From: a virus
Lineage: Duplodnaviria; Caudoviricetes
Direction: 5' to 3' (one strand)
Length of the DNA: 64,000 nucleotides
IMG/VR virus record: IMGVR_UViG_3300033066_001722
Location: 25,817-89,816 of that record
Shown here: positions 28,785-37,104 of the stretch, in pieces
Position numbering within the stretch: the first letter of the stretch is position 1
Layout of the letters: each line of letters opens with the position of its first letter
Position numbers and translations under genes: made by a program
Notes under the pieces: generated by a model
Seen by the model: the letters and a program-made list of their open reading frames with translations, nothing else
What the model was told of the DNA's origin: nothing
Database searches by the model: none

Positions 28785-29220
28785 GGAACCCCATCTCTCG
28801 TAGCTTCCTTCGAAGGAACTGTAAAGCTACACCCTTCGCGACACTGAGGTGAGGCCTGGCTGGCATTGTCCGCGTGCCGAACTCCAACCACATACCCAAT
28901 TCCTGGAACTCAGGACTAGGTCCGACCACCCAACTGAACTGTCCTATAGCTCTTGCTTTGATCGATTGATAGTAGTTGTCCTCGGGACGAGCAATGAGGA
29001 TACGCTCATCTAGACCGTGACGACGCTTCCATCGAAGATACTTCTCCGTCAGGGGAGTGTGTCCAAGACGCTGCTGTTCAATCGCAGCCTTCAACCAACC
29101 TTCCGTCTCCATCGCAGACCACATGACCGCGAGGGAGACAGCAGATTTGATCTTGGGCGGGAGCTTCTTGAGATGATCTTGGATACGATCGAACCCGAAG
29201 GAGAACTCTTCACTTCCCAT
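28768..29220 (-). CDS. neck/tail-completion protein (HK97 gp10-like)
   Basis: WLEFGTRTMPARPHL motif. Confidence 0.8.
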   Translation of the reverse strand: MGSEEFSFGFDRIQDHLKKLPPKIKSAVSLAVMWSAMETEGWLKAAIEQQRLGHTPLTEKYLRWKRRHGLDERILIARPEDNYYQSIKARAIGQFSWVVGPSPEFQELGMWLEFGTRTMPARPHLSVAKGVALQFLRRKLREMGFHVDRR

Positions 29221-29647
29221 AGGGTGCGACCTCGAGCTCGTAGGTCAATAGACGCTGATCGTGGAGTCTACCCTCTCCGACGGAGATCGTCGTGTACTCG
29301 CGACCATTCAGCTGGATGTGGTCGCGTATACTCGGTGGACGTCGTAGGGCTGACGTACAGAGCTCTTTGAGCAAGACGACCTTCATGTTGCCGGAAGCAT
29401 CGAGCTGAGGCTTCTCGCCTGGCTTCTCAACCTTCATGACTGGCCCCCAGTAACCGAGCATCGAGATCTCGATGAACTTAGGAGAGCGTACGACCTCACC
29501 GAAGGTCGTATTAATTTGACCCTCCGTCGAGTTCGGATCGTAGTACAAGTAGGTCAGAGGAGAGGCTCCAGCCTCGAACGCTTCTCGAGCGTGCAGCGCG
29601 ATCAGCTCCGCGTCGTTGTCGAAAACATGTCGCCAGCCTGGCCTCAA
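29210..29647 (-). CDS. head closure/neck protein (putative)
   Basis: FGEV..., DHIQLNGREY; position in the neck cluster. Confidence 0.6.
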   Translation of the reverse strand: MRPGWRHVFDNDAELIALHAREAFEAGASPLTYLYYDPNSTEGQINTTFGEVVRSPKFIEISMLGYWGPVMKVEKPGEKPQLDASGNMKVVLLKELCTSALRRPPSIRDHIQLNGREYTTISVGEGRLHDQRLLTYELEVAPYGK

Positions 29648-29946
29648 ATGACGACCTTGATCAAAGAGGAGATCACCGAGATGATCTTGTTCGCTGCGCT
29701 GCTGATCCGAGCCTGTTGTGCGCGCTCCGTCTTCTGCAGCTCCGCCAGTAGATTGCTCGACGCCTCGAGATCATCAATGGCCAGGTCGAACGAGACCCTT
29801 CCGTCTGCCAAGCTTGTCAGTAGATTGACCGGACTGGCGCTCTTGCGGACGAGGTCTCGTAACATCGTCATGATGCGCGCCTCCTCATCTCCTTCTGGAC
29901 GCAGCTCGTCTAGGTGCTTCTTGACGAGTTCATCTAGATTGCTCAT
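29644..29946 (-). CDS. hypothetical helical protein
   Basis: ORF with start-stop overlaps at both ends. Confidence 0.65.
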   Translation of the reverse strand: MSNLDELVKKHLDELRPEGDEEARIMTMLRDLVRKSASPVNLLTSLADGRVSFDLAIDDLEASSNLLAELQKTERAQQARISSAANKIISVISSLIKVVI

Positions 29947-30278
29947 TTGCTGACCTCACAGTAGGAATCGACGCTCGGCACCACAGGAGGATCTGTGCTT
30001 GGCGCTGGCATCGCCACCGTTCGGCTGAGGTAGAGCGCCATTTGCTGATGCCAGGGACCTCTGGCCTTCACGACAATCGCGTCCGCGGCAAGCGCCTTGC
30101 AACGGGCCTTGTCGCCCTTTGCCGCGGCTTCCTTGGCTTCTGTCAATAGCGTCGTAGACGTCTTCTCAGCAGCTTTGCCGAACCACTTGACCTCCGCCTG
30201 GAGCACGTCGATGTTTCGGCTCGTCAGATTGCAACCAGCTAGCCAAACGGCACACACGATCAGTAGAAGGTTCCGCAT
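29943..30278 (-). CDS. predicted lipoprotein
   Basis: MRNLLLIVCAVWLAGC with canonical lipobox LAGC; Pro-rich C-terminus. Confidence 0.7.
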   Translation of the reverse strand: MRNLLLIVCAVWLAGCNLTSRNIDVLQAEVKWFGKAAEKTSTTLLTEAKEAAAKGDKARCKALAADAIVVKARGPWHQQMALYLSRTVAMPAPSTDPPVVPSVDSYCEVSK

Positions 30279-30293
30279 AGGAGGTAGGGTAAA

Positions 30294-30464
30294 TCAGTCC
30301 AGCCGTCTCAGGAGATCTTCCGAGGAGAGGCTCTGCATCCGTCGTAGGACATCATCCCATACTCTCGAAGCTTGACGTGACTCACGACGTACCTGTTCGA
30401 TATCCGCAGTCGTGATATGAGGTGGCGGAGGCAAGTCTAGCGCTAGCTTTGGCTTCCTGATCAT
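30294..30464 (-). CDS. hypothetical protein (56 aa)
   Basis: Start MIRKPK at 30464 (ATGA overlap). Confidence 0.5.
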   Translation of the reverse strand: MIRKPKLALDLPPPPHITTADIEQVRRESRQASRVWDDVLRRMQSLSSEDLLRRLD

Positions 30465-31144
30465 ACAGGAGAGAACGGTACCCGCGAGACGCGCGTCCGG
30501 AAACTGTCCTCCCACTCTTTGACGAGTGACTGGAGGATCGAGTTGTTCACGGAGAATGAGCTCACACCGAAGTTGACCTGCGCGAACTTCGAGCGGAGAG
30601 CGAGCAGCGTCTGACCAGCGTAGGCTCTAGTGATGAGGCGGAGCTCTTCGAGGTAGCGTAGAGGGAAATTCTCCCGCTTGTGTGCGACGTATGCATAGGC
30701 GCTGATCGTCGACCCTGGCTCGATAGCGCCGACGAGAGCAAACTGACCTCCCTGGTTCTCCAGGAAGCTTTCACTCGCGTCGTTGGCGACCTCTGCTGCG
30801 TAGAGAGACAAGTAGTCATCAGTGGAAGTCGATGGCTCGCTACTCACGGTCAGCCCACCGATCGCAGGTGCACCCCTCAACGAGGTAGCCAGGATAGCCA
30901 GGATGATCTCGTCAGGGGGATCAAAATCACTCACGTCGTAGATGAACTTGTCGACTTCTGTCGTGAGCTGGACACGCATCGTACGAGGCTGGAACTTCGA
31001 GAACTCGAGGAGTCCTCGGTCGACAGCGTCGTAGATGTCTTGATAGCTGAGCTCTCGATCTGAGGGAGAGCCTAGTGCGGAGCGGATCTCCGCCTCGAAG
31101 GTTGAGGCGACGCCAGGTGTCGTAGAGATGAGAGGGTTAGGCAC
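30461..31144 (-). CDS. head-tail adaptor/neck protein (putative)
   Basis: Position after the capsid genes; AVDRGLLEFSKFQP. Confidence 0.6.
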   Translation of the reverse strand: MPNPLISTTPGVASTFEAEIRSALGSPSDRELSYQDIYDAVDRGLLEFSKFQPRTMRVQLTTEVDKFIYDVSDFDPPDEIILAILATSLRGAPAIGGLTVSSEPSTSTDDYLSLYAAEVANDASESFLENQGGQFALVGAIEPGSTISAYAYVAHKRENFPLRYLEELRLITRAYAGQTLLALRSKFAQVNFGVSSFSVNNSILQSLVKEWEDSFRTRVSRVPFSPV

Positions 31145-31166
31145 GGTAGCTCCTCAGCTGAGGAGA

Positions 31167-31595
31167 CTACTTCGCAGCGGTCTCCTTCTTCTCCTCGACG
31201 ATAAAGTCGTTCGAGGCCAGGTTGCCGGTCAGCTCATACAGCGCACGAGGCTCACGCAGCCGACGCCCTCGCAGGTTGTCGTAGGCGCGGTAGGGCTCGG
31301 CCCAGGCATTCTGGGGCTCCGCCATGAACATGAAGTCGATGTGGCGGTACGACGCGCTCATGAACAGCTCACCGGGATGGATCGTCACGCTGTTGTTGAC
31401 GCCACCTGCGAGCGCATTGATGACCTGATCGATCGTCGAGACGTTGACCATCAAGATGTTCGGCTTGTCCTCCGGACACGCCAGGACATGCTCCTGGCCC
31501 ATGACGGTTCCGAGACGGACCTTGTGGTCCTTCGATCGGCTCGCACCGAGCATCGTGATGAGTTCTTGGGCGGACAGCTTCAGTAGATTGGCCAT
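31167..31595 (-). CDS. hypothetical virion-associated protein
   Basis: RBS AAGGAG; G/C-ending codon usage like the major capsid gene. Confidence 0.75.
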   Translation of the reverse strand: MANLLKLSAQELITMLGASRSKDHKVRLGTVMGQEHVLACPEDKPNILMVNVSTIDQVINALAGGVNNSVTIHPGELFMSASYRHIDFMFMAEPQNAWAEPYRAYDNLRGRRLREPRALYELTGNLASNDFIVEEKKETAAK

Positions 31596-31622
31596 AGGGT
31601 GACTCCTTACCTAGATAGACGA

Positions 31623-31656
31623 AGAGCCCGGCTAGTGGTTAGACCAACCGGGCTCT
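31623..31656 (-). terminator. stem-loop downstream of the major capsid gene
   Basis: 9-bp inverted repeat AGAGCCCGG/CCGGGCTCT with an inner TGGT/ACCA stem. No clear U-tract. Confidence 0.4.
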
Positions 31657-31779
31657 CCATCTCCTGAGGTACTGCCGACGGGGTGATCGGACTCAGGCGC
31701 TGATCTCAGCAGATCTCAAACGCCGCAAGCCAGAGGCCTGAAACTCGATCTACCGGATCGCATCCCGTTGAACGGGCGA

Positions 31780-33270
31780 CTACGTCAGGGTGACGGTCGC
31801 GAAGGCCTTCGCGTTGATGCACTTCTTGCCGGCACGAGACAGCACGCCCTTGCTGTACTGGAAGTTGGCCGACGGATCCGGCATGGTCGGGGTCCAGGTC
31901 AGCAGCGAGTATGGCGCAAAGACCGCTGCCATGTACATGGGGTTGTCCGCCTTGTAGCCCAGCAGGATCTTGCTGGCGGGCATGAAGGGGTCCATGTAGA
32001 CCTGCGTGGTGCCGCTGTTGACGGTGCCGAACAGGATGCGCTTCTCCAGCGTCGCCGTGTTGCTCACGCCGATGCCACCGCGATCGACCGACGAATCCAG
32101 CTGGCGGAAGCCCGAGATCAGGCGCAGCCGTTCGGCGGCATCACTGCCGGCGATCAGCCAGTTGGCCCGTGCATTGCCGTTGGTCGCCTTCCAGATCATC
32201 TGATCGGCCTTGATGATCGCCTGGCCCAGGGTGGCCTCGTAGGCCAGCCGACTCGCGGTATCGATGTCACCGGCCAGATAGCCGGCGGTGCTCCAGTTGA
32301 CGTTGCCAGCGCCGTTCATCGCGGCTTCGACCAGCATCATCCGCACCAGCTGCCGGTCGATCTCGCGATCGAGCTGGTTGCTGGCTGCATCGACCATCTC
32401 CTGCTCCAGGTCGCCGTTGTGATAGGCACCGAAGTCCTGGCGAGACTGCTCGGTGAACAGGAAGCGCAGCGTCATGTCCGTCGCGGTCAGCGTCTCGCTG
32501 GTCATCTTCATGTCCAGCTCACGCGGCGTGTCGCCTTCGGCATAGGTCGCGTACATGACCTTGATCTTGGCATTCAGCGCCGGAGCGACACCGAAGATCA
32601 CACGGCCACGCCCGTTCACACCACCATTGTCGACGGTGAAGTCGGTCGTGTGGGTCTTCTCGACTCCGTTCACGAAGACGCGGACGCGGCTGCTCGAGAA
32701 GGCACCAGCAGTGGCAGTGGTCTTGACCGCGGTCGTCTCGACGACGAAGGTGGTCGTGACACCGTCACCGGTGAAGCTCTCGGGCGACTCACCCCAGCCC
32801 GAGTAGTTCGGGTCGACGGCCTGATCCAGGCGATCCGCAGCGGTCGTCGGATACTTGGTCGAGGCATAGCGGTGATCGATATAGAAGATCTTCGCCTCGG
32901 GTGTGGTCATCGGCCACACGGTGCACAGACTGCGGGCGTACAGCTGGATGTACAGTCGGCGGATCAAGGGCAAGGCCACCTTGACGAAGGGCTCGACCGC
33001 CGAGGTCGTGACGGCCTCGCGCAGCTCCTTCGGCGACATGCTCAGCGCCTTGCGCCCCAGGCCCAGCCCGGTGTGAGACGCCAGCTCATTGACGTGACGC
33101 TCCAGCAGCAGCTCCAGGCCGATGCGACATCCCATGCCGTAGGCTTCCTGGACGTCGACGAGCTTCAGGCTCTTGTCGGCACCGTAGCCGGTGTACATCG
33201 ACCACTTCGAGGCACGATCGGGATTGTGAACCAGCCACGGGATGCGCGGCTCTTCGGTATGCGTATACAT
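31780..33270 (-). CDS. major capsid protein (T4 gp23-like) with an inserted beta-sandwich domain
   Basis: LIRRLY, VWPMTTPEAKIFYID, EIDRQL, ANWLIAGS, VYMDPF and AVFAPY motifs. Confidence 0.93.
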   Translation of the reverse strand: MYTHTEEPRIPWLVHNPDRASKWSMYTGYGADKSLKLVDVQEAYGMGCRIGLELLLERHVNELASHTGLGLGRKALSMSPKELREAVTTSAVEPFVKVALPLIRRLYIQLYARSLCTVWPMTTPEAKIFYIDHRYASTKYPTTAADRLDQAVDPNYSGWGESPESFTGDGVTTTFVVETTAVKTTATAGAFSSSRVRVFVNGVEKTHTTDFTVDNGGVNGRGRVIFGVAPALNAKIKVMYATYAEGDTPRELDMKMTSETLTATDMTLRFLFTEQSRQDFGAYHNGDLEQEMVDAASNQLDREIDRQLVRMMLVEAAMNGAGNVNWSTAGYLAGDIDTASRLAYEATLGQAIIKADQMIWKATNGNARANWLIAGSDAAERLRLISGFRQLDSSVDRGGIGVSNTATLEKRILFGTVNSGTTQVYMDPFMPASKILLGYKADNPMYMAAVFAPYSLLTWTPTMPDPSANFQYSKGVLSRAGKKCINAKAFATVTLT

Positions 33271-33310
33271 CTCTCAAATCCTCCTGGGATGCGTTGATCT
33301 CTTGGGTTGG

Positions 33311-34654
33311 TTAGCGCCGAGCTCCCGACAGCCGTGCTTCGTGCTCGTCGAAATCCTTGGCTCGCAGTGCGTCGCCATCTGCCTGGCTGTGACCACGCTG
33401 GGTGGAGACGCCTGTCGCCTCCAGCAGGGCCTTCTGACGCTTGACAGCCTTCAGGGCCTCCTCGACGGAGTTCGGGAACTCCACATCGCCATAGGCCTCG
33501 GTCAGCTGCTTGCCGACGCGGACGCCGCCCTTCGCAGGGTTGGCACCCAGCACAGCGACCTGCAGCATCTCCGCCAGCGGATGACCCTGCGTCGCTTCCA
33601 TGACTGCGGCCTTGACCTGGCTGCGCACGCGCTCGGAGCGGACCTCCTCCAGGAGGGCGCTGTTGGCGCGGTTCTGCGACATCTGCTCATTCAGCTGGCG
33701 CTTCGTCGACTCCAGCTCGTCGCGGATCAACGCGACCTGGGTGTTCGTCGCCTCGTTCAGGTTCGCTGACTTGTCGTTGGCCGTCCGCAAGGCTTCGGTC
33801 AGATTCTCGATGCGATTCAGCAGCGGAGCCTCGGCAGCCTCGCGAATCGCCTCCTCACGTGAGGCCACTTCGACTTCGGCCAGCGACGTCAGGACTCGCC
33901 GCGACAGCTGCAGCGCCTCCGTGATCAGCCCCTTGTAGGTATCCGGCACGAGCTTCCGTAGCTCGAGTACGTTCTTCGTGTTGAGAGCGCCGAAGACTTC
34001 AGGCGCGTTCTCCTTCAGCCATTCGAGCTTGATGTCGCCTTCCGGCAACGTGATGGTCTTGGGCATCTTCCTTGACTCCTGCAATGAGGTCATCTTGGCT
34101 GTGCTGACAGAGGGATTCAGGACGAGATCCCATCCTCGCAGCCGTAGATCCTTCTGGACAATGGAACCACGCTGACCGTTGATCTCTCCCTCTTGCACTG
34201 TCCCCTGCGCTCGACTGCTGACGCCGAGAGGTACACCTAGGCGGGCGAGCGCCAGGACATCTCGTCCTCGTGCTGTGTCCGGGATGAGGAAGACGCCATT
34301 GGCGATCTTCTTCTGTGCCTCGTCAAGGTCGTAGTCCTTCAGGACCACTGCGACCTCGCCTGCGCGATATCCCTGGTCGTCCGCTGGGTGCCCATCGAAT
34401 CCTGGGACTGGCTCATTCGCCAGGACCTTGCCCTTGAAGTCCGCTGCGACTTCACGCAGCGTGTCCCACGGGTAGATCCGCTTGTTCTGATTCAGCCGAT
34501 CGCCCTCTTGGATCGTCGCGAACCGCAGGATCCCGATAGAGCCAGGAGGTAGCTTGGGCTTCGTCCCCTCCTGGAGCTCCTGCTCTTCGAGGCGATATTC
34601 CTTGGTGATCAGTACTTCGTTGAGATCTTGTGCAGCCACCCTGTGGACTATCAA
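33311..34654 (-). CDS. prohead protease (T4 gp21-like) fused to a scaffold-like coiled-coil region
   Basis: NQNKRIYP, DGHP (His), LGVSSRAQG (Ser), WDLVLNPS; helical C-terminal half. Confidence 0.9.
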   Translation of the reverse strand: MIVHRVAAQDLNEVLITKEYRLEEQELQEGTKPKLPPGSIGILRFATIQEGDRLNQNKRIYPWDTLREVAADFKGKVLANEPVPGFDGHPADDQGYRAGEVAVVLKDYDLDEAQKKIANGVFLIPDTARGRDVLALARLGVPLGVSSRAQGTVQEGEINGQRGSIVQKDLRLRGWDLVLNPSVSTAKMTSLQESRKMPKTITLPEGDIKLEWLKENAPEVFGALNTKNVLELRKLVPDTYKGLITEALQLSRRVLTSLAEVEVASREEAIREAAEAPLLNRIENLTEALRTANDKSANLNEATNTQVALIRDELESTKRQLNEQMSQNRANSALLEEVRSERVRSQVKAAVMEATQGHPLAEMLQVAVLGANPAKGGVRVGKQLTEAYGDVEFPNSVEEALKAVKRQKALLEATGVSTQRGHSQADGDALRAKDFDEHEARLSGARR

Positions 34655-34691
34655 TACTGGGTGCGCTGAATCATAGAGACTTGGGAATGGC

Positions 34692-35432
34692 CTAGGCGAG
34701 TTCAGCTTCCAGTTCAGTCTGGGTCATGAGCGGGAATCTGAATCGTAAGGTAGAGACGTCTGAGGTGTCTTCGCCGCGTTGTGCGAGAGACTTTCTCCAC
34801 TTGCCCCAGTATGATGAAGATTCATCGATCAACATCTCACCTTTCGGTCGAGTACGATCGAATACCTTAACGAACGGGTTTGATGTAGTGTGACCAGCTA
34901 CAGTATGAGCATAGACGGAGAGATCGAACTCTTCGACGAGATCATCGAAGATCCTCTGAGCTGTATCCACAGAAGAACAAGCGTAGAAGATGATCTTAGG
35001 CGAGGAAGACGAAGCCTGGCTTTGAGAGGAAGACGAAGCAGTGGAGTAGATTTGAGCTTCTGATGAGCAAAGCGAATCAGAAGCGATTGGAAGCGACGCG
35101 AAGCGGAGCGCAATGCGAAGCGCACTGACGGCATTGGGGTACTCCGGTGTGCGGGGATCAAGTAACTGGGTTGCATTCGGCCAACCATGCATCAAGAACG
35201 CAAGATAGTCGAGCGAACCGACCTCACGAAAGAAGTCGGTGATCTGTTGCATACGGTTCGAGATAGGTTGATCGATGTCAACGCGTAGCGTACGCGGATA
35301 CCCTGCCGAGATGGGCTTGGTCTGTAGGAAGCGTCCGAGCCGTTCAGACTCTGGCTTGAACGCTCCCTGGAAGTCGTGCTCGTGCTGATTGCGATCGGGC
35401 GTGATAATGATAGGACGTTGCGGCTGGTACAT
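34692..35432 (-). CDS. hypothetical protein, possible clan CD (caspase-like fold) cysteine peptidase
   Basis: FLMHGW and IIFYACS (HG...C dyad spacing), with a Ser-rich insert. Confidence 0.45.
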   Translation of the reverse strand: MYQPQRPIIITPDRNQHEHDFQGAFKPESERLGRFLQTKPISAGYPRTLRVDIDQPISNRMQQITDFFREVGSLDYLAFLMHGWPNATQLLDPRTPEYPNAVSALRIALRFASLPIASDSLCSSEAQIYSTASSSSQSQASSSSPKIIFYACSSVDTAQRIFDDLVEEFDLSVYAHTVAGHTTSNPFVKVFDRTRPKGEMLIDESSSYWGKWRKSLAQRGEDTSDVSTLRFRFPLMTQTELEAELA

Positions 35433-35454
35433 CAGGAAGCCTCCTTACGGAGGA

Positions 35455-37101
35455 CTAACCTGGGAACCGCTTACGGACCTTCTTGGTGAAGCGGTCCTCG
35501 AGCGCCGTGTGATCCTTAACCGCCTTCTCGTGGGTCTCAGCGGACTTGTGATCACCAGCCTGTCGCGCAGCGATCGACGCGATCGCGTGTGCTTCCTTCG
35601 CCGCCTTGTGGCTGTTCACGCGATCGATGTCAGTAGATGCGGCTGTAGCCTTCGAAGAGGCCTCGACAGCTTTGTTGGTCGCAGTCTTCGCCACATAAGC
35701 CTTGTGTGCGGCAGCCTTGGTCTCTTCTGAGTCTGCAGAGTCGTGATAGTTGCGATTGTTGCGTTTCTTGCTGTCGACGCGTGCTTGCTGGACTTGCTTC
35801 TCCTGTGCAACGTTAGCAGCGTGACGCGCGTTGAGCCCCGGATCCCCTTGAAGCGTCTTGTCGTTGTAGGCTGCTCGCGCCGCTTGCGTCGCGTCTGTCG
35901 CCTTCGACAAGGCTTCCGCACGCTTCCTCTCCTCATACGCTTTCTCTGCTGCAGCCTTGGTTTCTTCTGTATCTGCCGAATCGTAGTAGTTGCGACTACG
36001 TGATTTGGAGGCTTTCGTCGCATCATCCGATGCCTTCGGAGCCAGCGCCATCTTTTGCTTGTTCGAGATGCGCTCAATCTGGCGCTCCTGGTCGGTCTTC
36101 GGCAGGTGCCCGAAGTTCTTCTCGATGTGCGCACGAGACGTCTTGTCGATCTCGTCGAACTTCTTATGGAGGTCCTCATGCCCAGGCTCTGGTCCGAATC
36201 CGTTCTTGTGCTGGACACGTGCGATGTGGAACTCCTTCTGTGCGGGAGTGCCTGACGTCTTCTCTTCGACGTGCCGACGGATCTCTGCAGCCTTCTCAGT
36301 CTTCTGATCCTGATCCTCTCGCTGCTCGTTGCGATGAGCTTTGACCACGTTGCGGAAGGCGCTGTTGAATACTTCCTTCGGATTGACCTTGTTGAGGTCA
36401 TCTCCGCTTCTCGCAACGGTGTCAGCGAAGTGCCGCCCTGCGCTCGAGTCCAGGAACGCTCGTATTTCGTCGTCGCTGTGCCCTGCAGGAGCGTTGGACT
36501 TCAGCCAGCTGTGGGCCTTCGCGTAGTCAGCTTTGATCGCCGGATCGTCTTCGCTCTTCCCAAGATGCTTGGTCGTCTGGAGTTCACCGTGGTAGCCTCG
36601 CCCAGGATTCTTCGTCTCGATCTCGGGTTTGTCCAGATGCTGGCGTAGGAGGTCCTCGACCTCCTTCTTGTTCTGGCCACCTCTCTCTGGGATATGGTGG
36701 AACTCTCGATGAGTCTCTCCATCGGAGACTACAGTCTTACGAGGACCTCCGACAGGACCTTCCTGTTCAACCTTCAGCTCCTTGCCACCGTGCGTTAGGT
36801 AGAAGCGGTTGAAATTCGCCGTACCGACCTCAGGTAGGTTCTTTTTGTTCGGGTATGGCTTGTCGCTTCCCGCTTCAACTCGTCTCGCGCGATCACCGAG
36901 GGTTCCCTTCGGTCCACGATCGCGCCGAAGGGATTCGAGACCCTGCGAGGTCGCACGCTCGAAGCTCTTACCCTTGAGACCTGCGGGACCTCCTTCGACC
37001 TCGCCCGTTTCGTCGTTGATCATGATCCGGGCACCGTTAACGGTGATCCAGCCCTCAACGAGTACCTGTTCAACCTGATCTGTGATGTTCTGCTGAGCCA
37101 T
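35455..37101 (-). CDS. tagged internal virion protein, 548 aa
   Basis: N-terminus VLVE-GWITVNGARIMINDETGEVEGGP. Charged; internal repeat NY[YH]DSAD[TS]EETKAAA[EH]KAY occurs twice. Confidence 0.8.
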   Translation of the reverse strand: MAQQNITDQVEQVLVEGWITVNGARIMINDETGEVEGGPAGLKGKSFERATSQGLESLRRDRGPKGTLGDRARRVEAGSDKPYPNKKNLPEVGTANFNRFYLTHGGKELKVEQEGPVGGPRKTVVSDGETHREFHHIPERGGQNKKEVEDLLRQHLDKPEIETKNPGRGYHGELQTTKHLGKSEDDPAIKADYAKAHSWLKSNAPAGHSDDEIRAFLDSSAGRHFADTVARSGDDLNKVNPKEVFNSAFRNVVKAHRNEQREDQDQKTEKAAEIRRHVEEKTSGTPAQKEFHIARVQHKNGFGPEPGHEDLHKKFDEIDKTSRAHIEKNFGHLPKTDQERQIERISNKQKMALAPKASDDATKASKSRSRNYYDSADTEETKAAAEKAYEERKRAEALSKATDATQAARAAYNDKTLQGDPGLNARHAANVAQEKQVQQARVDSKKRNNRNYHDSADSEETKAAAHKAYVAKTATNKAVEASSKATAASTDIDRVNSHKAAKEAHAIASIAARQAGDHKSAETHEKAVKDHTALEDRFTKKVRKRFPG

Positions 37102-37104
37102 GAT

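Noticed and set aside
29644-30278. Spanin or lysis cassette
   Set aside because: The lipoprotein is clear, but the neighbour lacks a TM anchor, and I recognised no holin or endolysin nearby. Left as an unassigned lipoprotein.
31768-33297. 509-aa plus-strand ORF (similarly 25869..26660 and 58679..59470)
   Set aside because: Antisense shadows of strongly G/C-biased genes (capsid, sheath, ParB-like), with no motifs or RBS.
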